DNA of 64,000 nt from an uncultured Acidobacteriota bacterium (lineage in GTDB: Bacteria; Acidobacteriota; Thermoanaerobaculia; UBA5066; Gp7-AA6), in contig CAVXTP010000022.1 in assembly GCA_963764715.1 (NCBI GenBank), forward strand, positions 32,001 to 96,000. The letters run 5' to 3'. Position 1 is the first letter of the stretch. Every line of letters begins with the position of its first letter. Both the position numbers and the translations under genes were made by a program. Of this stretch, positions 60,457-64,000 are shown in pieces. The notes beneath the pieces are model-generated. The model did not search any database. It saw only the letters and a list, made by a program, of their open reading frames with translations, and was not told the origin of the DNA.

Positions 60457-62121
60457 GTGCTCCGTCGGCTGACGGTCAAGAATCTCGCGATCGTCGAGGA
60501 CCTCGAGCTCGAGCTCGATCGCGGCCTCACGGTCGTGACCGGAGAGACCGGCGCCGGCAAGTCGATCCTGGTCGATGCCCTCGCCCTGATCGCCGGGGGC
60601 CGGGGCTCGGCCGACCTGATCCGCCAGGGGGCCGCGCGGTTGACGGTGTCGGCCGAGTTCGACGCGGGCCCCGCGGTGCGCGCGCTGCTCGCGGAGGCGG
60701 GCCTTCCCGAGGCGGACCGCGTGCTCCTGCGCCGGGAGCTCACCCCGGACGGGCGGGGACGGGCGTTCGTCGAGGACGAGCCGGCGGCGGTCCGCACGCT
60801 CGCCCGCCTCGGCGAGCGCCTCGTCGCGATCCACGGGCAGAGCTCGGAGCAGGAGCTGACCGACGCGGGGACGGCGCTCGAGCTGCTCGACGCCTTCGCG
60901 AAGACGGAGGACGAGCGCGAGGCCGTCGCGGCGGCGGCCGCGCGATGGAGCGAAGCCCGGGACCGTCTCGCGGCCCTCGAGACGTCGCGCCGGCAGCGCG
61001 AAGAGCGCCTGGAGACGCTCGATTACCAGGTCCGCGAGATCGAATCCGTGGGCCCGACGGAGGCCGAGGAGGGCGACCTTCCCGCCGAGCGCGGCCGGCT
61101 GCTCCACGCCGACCGGATCCGGGGAGCGGGGGAGGCCGCGCTGAACGCGCTCTCGGAAGCCGAAGGCTCGGCCGCCGACCGCCTGGGCGAGGCCGCCCGC
61201 GCGTTCGCGGAGCTCGCCTCGATCGACGCCCGCCTCGCGGCCCACCGCGACGAGGCCGAAGACCTCAAGCGGCGCATCGCCGACCTCGCGGCCGCGGCGC
61301 GGGACGCCGCCGCGTCGATCGAGGACGACCCGTCCCGGCTGACGGCGGTCGAAACCCGCCTCGAGCAGCTTTCGCGCCTCAGGAAGAAGTACGGCGCGAC
61401 CATGACCGAGGTCCTGGCGCGCCTCGCGGACCTCAAGGAAGAGCGGGCCGAGCTTTCGAACGTCGAGGACGCGCTCGGGCGCCGGCGCAAGGACGCCGCC
61501 CTCGCCGAGGAGGCGTACCGTGCGGCGGCGGCGGCCCTCTCGCGCCGGCGAAAGGCGGCGGCGGAGAAGTTTTCCTCCGAGGTCGAGAAGGAGCTCCGGG
61601 GCCTCGCCCTCGAGAAGGCGAGGCTGCGGGTCGCCCTCGAGGACCTCGCGCCGGACGCCCCCCGCTCCAACGGCCTGGAGCGCGCGGTCTTTCTCTTCGC
61701 GCCGAACCCGGGCGAGCCCGAGAAACCCCTCGAGAAGATCGCCTCGGGGGGCGAGCTTTCCCGGCTGCAGCTCGCGATCCGGTCCGTCGCCGCCGGGAAG
61801 AAGGGCGCCGGGCGCACGCTCGTGTTCGACGAGGTCGACGCCGGCATCGGAGGGCGCGTGGCCGAGGTCGTCGGCAAGAAGCTGAGGGGCCTGGCGGCGC
61901 AGGACCAGGTCCTGTGCGTGACCCACGTCCCGCAGATTGCCGCGCTCGCCGCGACGCACTACCTCGCCGAGAAGCGGGAGTCCCGGGGTCGCACGGTCGC
62001 CCTCGTGCGGCGGCTGGAGGGCCCCGAGCGGGTCGCGGAGATCGCCCGGATGCTGGCGGGCGAGAAGGTGCCCGACACGGCCTTGAAGCACGCCCGGACG
62101 CTCCTGGAGGCGGCGCGGTGA
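60457..62121 (+). CDS. recN: DNA repair protein RecN
   Basis: TGETGAGKS, IHGQ, ASGGELSR, FDEVDAG and THVPQIA. Confidence 0.95.
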   Translation: MLRRLTVKNLAIVEDLELELDRGLTVVTGETGAGKSILVDALALIAGGRGSADLIRQGAARLTVSAEFDAGPAVRALLAEAGLPEADRVLLRRELTPDGRGRAFVEDEPAAVRTLARLGERLVAIHGQSSEQELTDAGTALELLDAFAKTEDEREAVAAAAARWSEARDRLAALETSRRQREERLETLDYQVREIESVGPTEAEEGDLPAERGRLLHADRIRGAGEAALNALSEAEGSAADRLGEAARAFAELASIDARLAAHRDEAEDLKRRIADLAAAARDAAASIEDDPSRLTAVETRLEQLSRLRKKYGATMTEVLARLADLKEERAELSNVEDALGRRRKDAALAEEAYRAAAAALSRRRKAAAEKFSSEVEKELRGLALEKARLRVALEDLAPDAPRSNGLERAVFLFAPNPGEPEKPLEKIASGGELSRLQLAIRSVAAGKKGAGRTLVFDEVDAGIGGRVAEVVGKKLRGLAAQDQVLCVTHVPQIAALAATHYLAEKRESRGRTVALVRRLEGPERVAEIARMLAGEKVPDTALKHARTLLEAAR

Positions 62122-63146
62122 GCGGCGACGCGCGCCATTCCCGGTCCATCCTCTTCCCCGGGATCGGGGAAGAGGGTCAGGCACGCATTTCGCGCTTCTC
62201 GATCGCTTTCGTCGGGGCCGGCGCCGTGGGCGCGGCCGCCGCCGAGACGGCCGTGCGCGCCGGGTTCGGCCGGCTGACGATCGTCGACCGCGACGTGGTC
62301 GAGCCCTCGAACCTGGCGAGGCAGTTCCTCTACGACGCCGAGGACGCCGCCCGGATCGCGCCCAAGGCCGAGGCGGCGGCGGCGCGGCTCCACGAGATCG
62401 ATCCGTCGGTCCCGGTGCGCGCCGTCGTCGCGGACCTCGACGCGGAGAACGCCCGCGAGGTCCTCGCGGACCACGACGTCGTCTTCGACGGCTCGGACAA
62501 CTTCGAGACGCGGCTGCTCGTTTCGGATGCCGCGCGCGCCCTCGGCCGTCCGTCGGTCTACGCGGCCTGCGTCGGCGCCGAGGGGCGGGTCGCGGTTTCG
62601 GTCCCCGGGCGGACGCCCTGCCTGCGCTGCTTCCTCGAGGAGCTTCCCCCGGCGGGCTCGGGCCCGACGTGCGACACGGTCGGCGTCGTTCCGACGCTGC
62701 CGCCCCTCGTCGCGTCCCTCGGCATGACGGAGGTGCTGCGGCTGGCCTGCGGGAACGTCCCCTCGCCCGGGATGCTGGTGCTCTCGGCCTGGGACGGCGG
62801 CTTCTCCTCGCGGCGGCTGTTCGAGGCCGCGCGGCCCTCGCCGGCCTGCCCGGTCTGCGCGCGCGGCCGGTATCCCGCGCTCGAGGGAGAGGGCGCGTCG
62901 GAGCTCGTCAAGCTCTGCGGCCGCCAGTCCGTCCAGGTGCGGCCGGCCGCTCGCTCCCGGCCCGACTTCGACCTGCTCGAGCGCCGGCTTTCGCCGCTCG
63001 GCCGCGTGCGGCGCTCGCCCCAGCTCCTGAACGCGGACGTCGAGGACGTCAGCCTGACGGTCTTTCCCGACGGGCGCTGCGTCGTGCGCGGGACCGCCGA
63101 CCCGATGCGGGCGCGGTCGCTCTACGACCGTTACATCGGAAGCTGA
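62118..63146 (+). CDS. ThiF/MoeB-family adenylyltransferase
   Basis: GAGAVG, DRDVVEPSNLARQ, DNFETR, CLRC, TCDTVGV and CPVC. Confidence 0.9.
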   Translation: MSGDARHSRSILFPGIGEEGQARISRFSIAFVGAGAVGAAAAETAVRAGFGRLTIVDRDVVEPSNLARQFLYDAEDAARIAPKAEAAAARLHEIDPSVPVRAVVADLDAENAREVLADHDVVFDGSDNFETRLLVSDAARALGRPSVYAACVGAEGRVAVSVPGRTPCLRCFLEELPPAGSGPTCDTVGVVPTLPPLVASLGMTEVLRLACGNVPSPGMLVLSAWDGGFSSRRLFEAARPSPACPVCARGRYPALEGEGASELVKLCGRQSVQVRPAARSRPDFDLLERRLSPLGRVRRSPQLLNADVEDVSLTVFPDGRCVVRGTADPMRARSLYDRYIGS

Positions 63147-63148
63147 GC

Positions 63149-63760
63149 GTGCGGCGGATCGCCCTCGAGGACCTCCTCGCCTCGCCCGAGGAGTCGGCCG
63201 CCCTGGGGCAGCGGCTCGGCCGCGGGGGAGTCGCCGCGATCCCGACCGAGAGCTTCTACGGGCTGGCCGCCGATCCGCGCAGCCGCGAAGGCGTCGAGCG
63301 CATCCTCGCGCTCAAGGGCCGCGACGCGGCGAAGGCGCTCCTGGTGCTCTTCGCGAAGCGCGCGCAGCTCGAGGACCTGGGCGTGGCGGCGCCGCCCGCG
63401 ACGCTCGCGAGGTTCTTCGGTCTGTGGCCCGCGCCGCTGACGGTCGTCCTCCCGCTCCGCGCGCCGATCCCCGCCTCGCTCGGCCGGCCGAACCTCGGCG
63501 TCCGGATGCCGGCGCACGCACCCCTGCGCCGGCTGCTGGAGCGGATCGGGCCGGTCACGGCGACGAGCGCCAATCGGTCGGGCACCGAGCCGTGCGTCGA
63601 TCCGGACGAGGTCGCCCGGCTCTTCCCGGCCGAGCTCGACGTGCTCGTCGACGGCGGGCGCACGCCCGGCGGCCTCGCGTCGACCGTCGTCGACGCGACC
63701 CTCGATCCGCCGCGGCTGCTGCGCGCGGGAGCCTTCCCGTGGCCGCCGGAGAGCCGCTGA
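63149..63760 (+). CDS. tsaC: L-threonylcarbamoyladenylate synthase (TsaC/Sua5)
   Basis: PTESFYGL, KGR, WPAPLT, TSANRSG and STVVD. Confidence 0.92.
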   Translation: MRRIALEDLLASPEESAALGQRLGRGGVAAIPTESFYGLAADPRSREGVERILALKGRDAAKALLVLFAKRAQLEDLGVAAPPATLARFFGLWPAPLTVVLPLRAPIPASLGRPNLGVRMPAHAPLRRLLERIGPVTATSANRSGTEPCVDPDEVARLFPAELDVLVDGGRTPGGLASTVVDATLDPPRLLRAGAFPWPPESR

Positions 63761-63784
63761 TTCCGTGCTAAATTGCGCGTTTTC

Positions 63785-64000
63785 ATGGGCATCCTGAAAG
63801 CATACGCGGGAAAATCCCCGAGCCTCGGAGCGCGCGTCTACCTCGCCGAGACGGCCGCCGTGATCGGCGACGTCGTCCTCGGGGACGACGTGTCGGTCTG
63901 GTACAACTCCGTCGTCCGCGGGGACTGTCACTTCATCCGGATCGGCGCCCGGACCAACATCCAGGACAACTGCGCCATCCACGTGACGGCCGGGACGCAC
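63785..64000 (+). CDS. Gamma-carbonic anhydrase family protein (3' end outside window)
   Basis: My translation: MGILKAYAGKSP...VIGDVVLGDDVSVWYNSVVRGDCHFIRIGARTNIQDNCAIHVT. Confidence 0.9.
   Translation, partial: MGILKAYAGKSPSLGARVYLAETAAVIGDVVLGDDVSVWYNSVVRGDCHFIRIGARTNIQDNCAIHVTAGTH

Overview
High-GC bacterial chromosome segment. Gene content and the SLH-protein families suggest Acidobacteriota, probably Thermoanaerobaculia (inference). Most of it is housekeeping backbone: zwf, an EF-G paralog, fdhD, a Ser/Thr kinase, lexA, rnc, dsbD, def, nuoB/CD/I, korAB, folE, dnaB, alr, mlaEFD, radA, purC, pepA, recN, tsaC and four tRNAs. The main accessory feature is a ~14.5 kb element integrated in tRNA-Pro(CGG), bounded by a 57-bp direct repeat (8773-8829 and 23235-23291). 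Its minus-strand core resembles a phage satellite or integrative element: tyrosine integrase, RHH protein, excisionase-like HTH, primase-polymerase/DUF3987 and an iteron-like origin, with no recognisable capsid or conjugation genes. Its plus-strand cargo sits next to six integron attC-like sites (one intact, five mutated or partial), and no IntI is present. The cargo is mostly secreted proteins with SLH (S-layer homology) anchors. A second, degraded att copy (24429-24455) bounds a YcaQ-family DNA glycosylase islet. Other notable signals are a candidate LexA operator (CCTAAT-N3-ATTAGG, three copies at lexA and one distant), DnaA-box-like repeats before dnaB, a heptamer repeat tract, a REP doublet, many apparently leaderless genes, and frameshifts in dnaB and alr that are probably sequencing errors. 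All family assignments come from motif recognition by eye; no database search was run.
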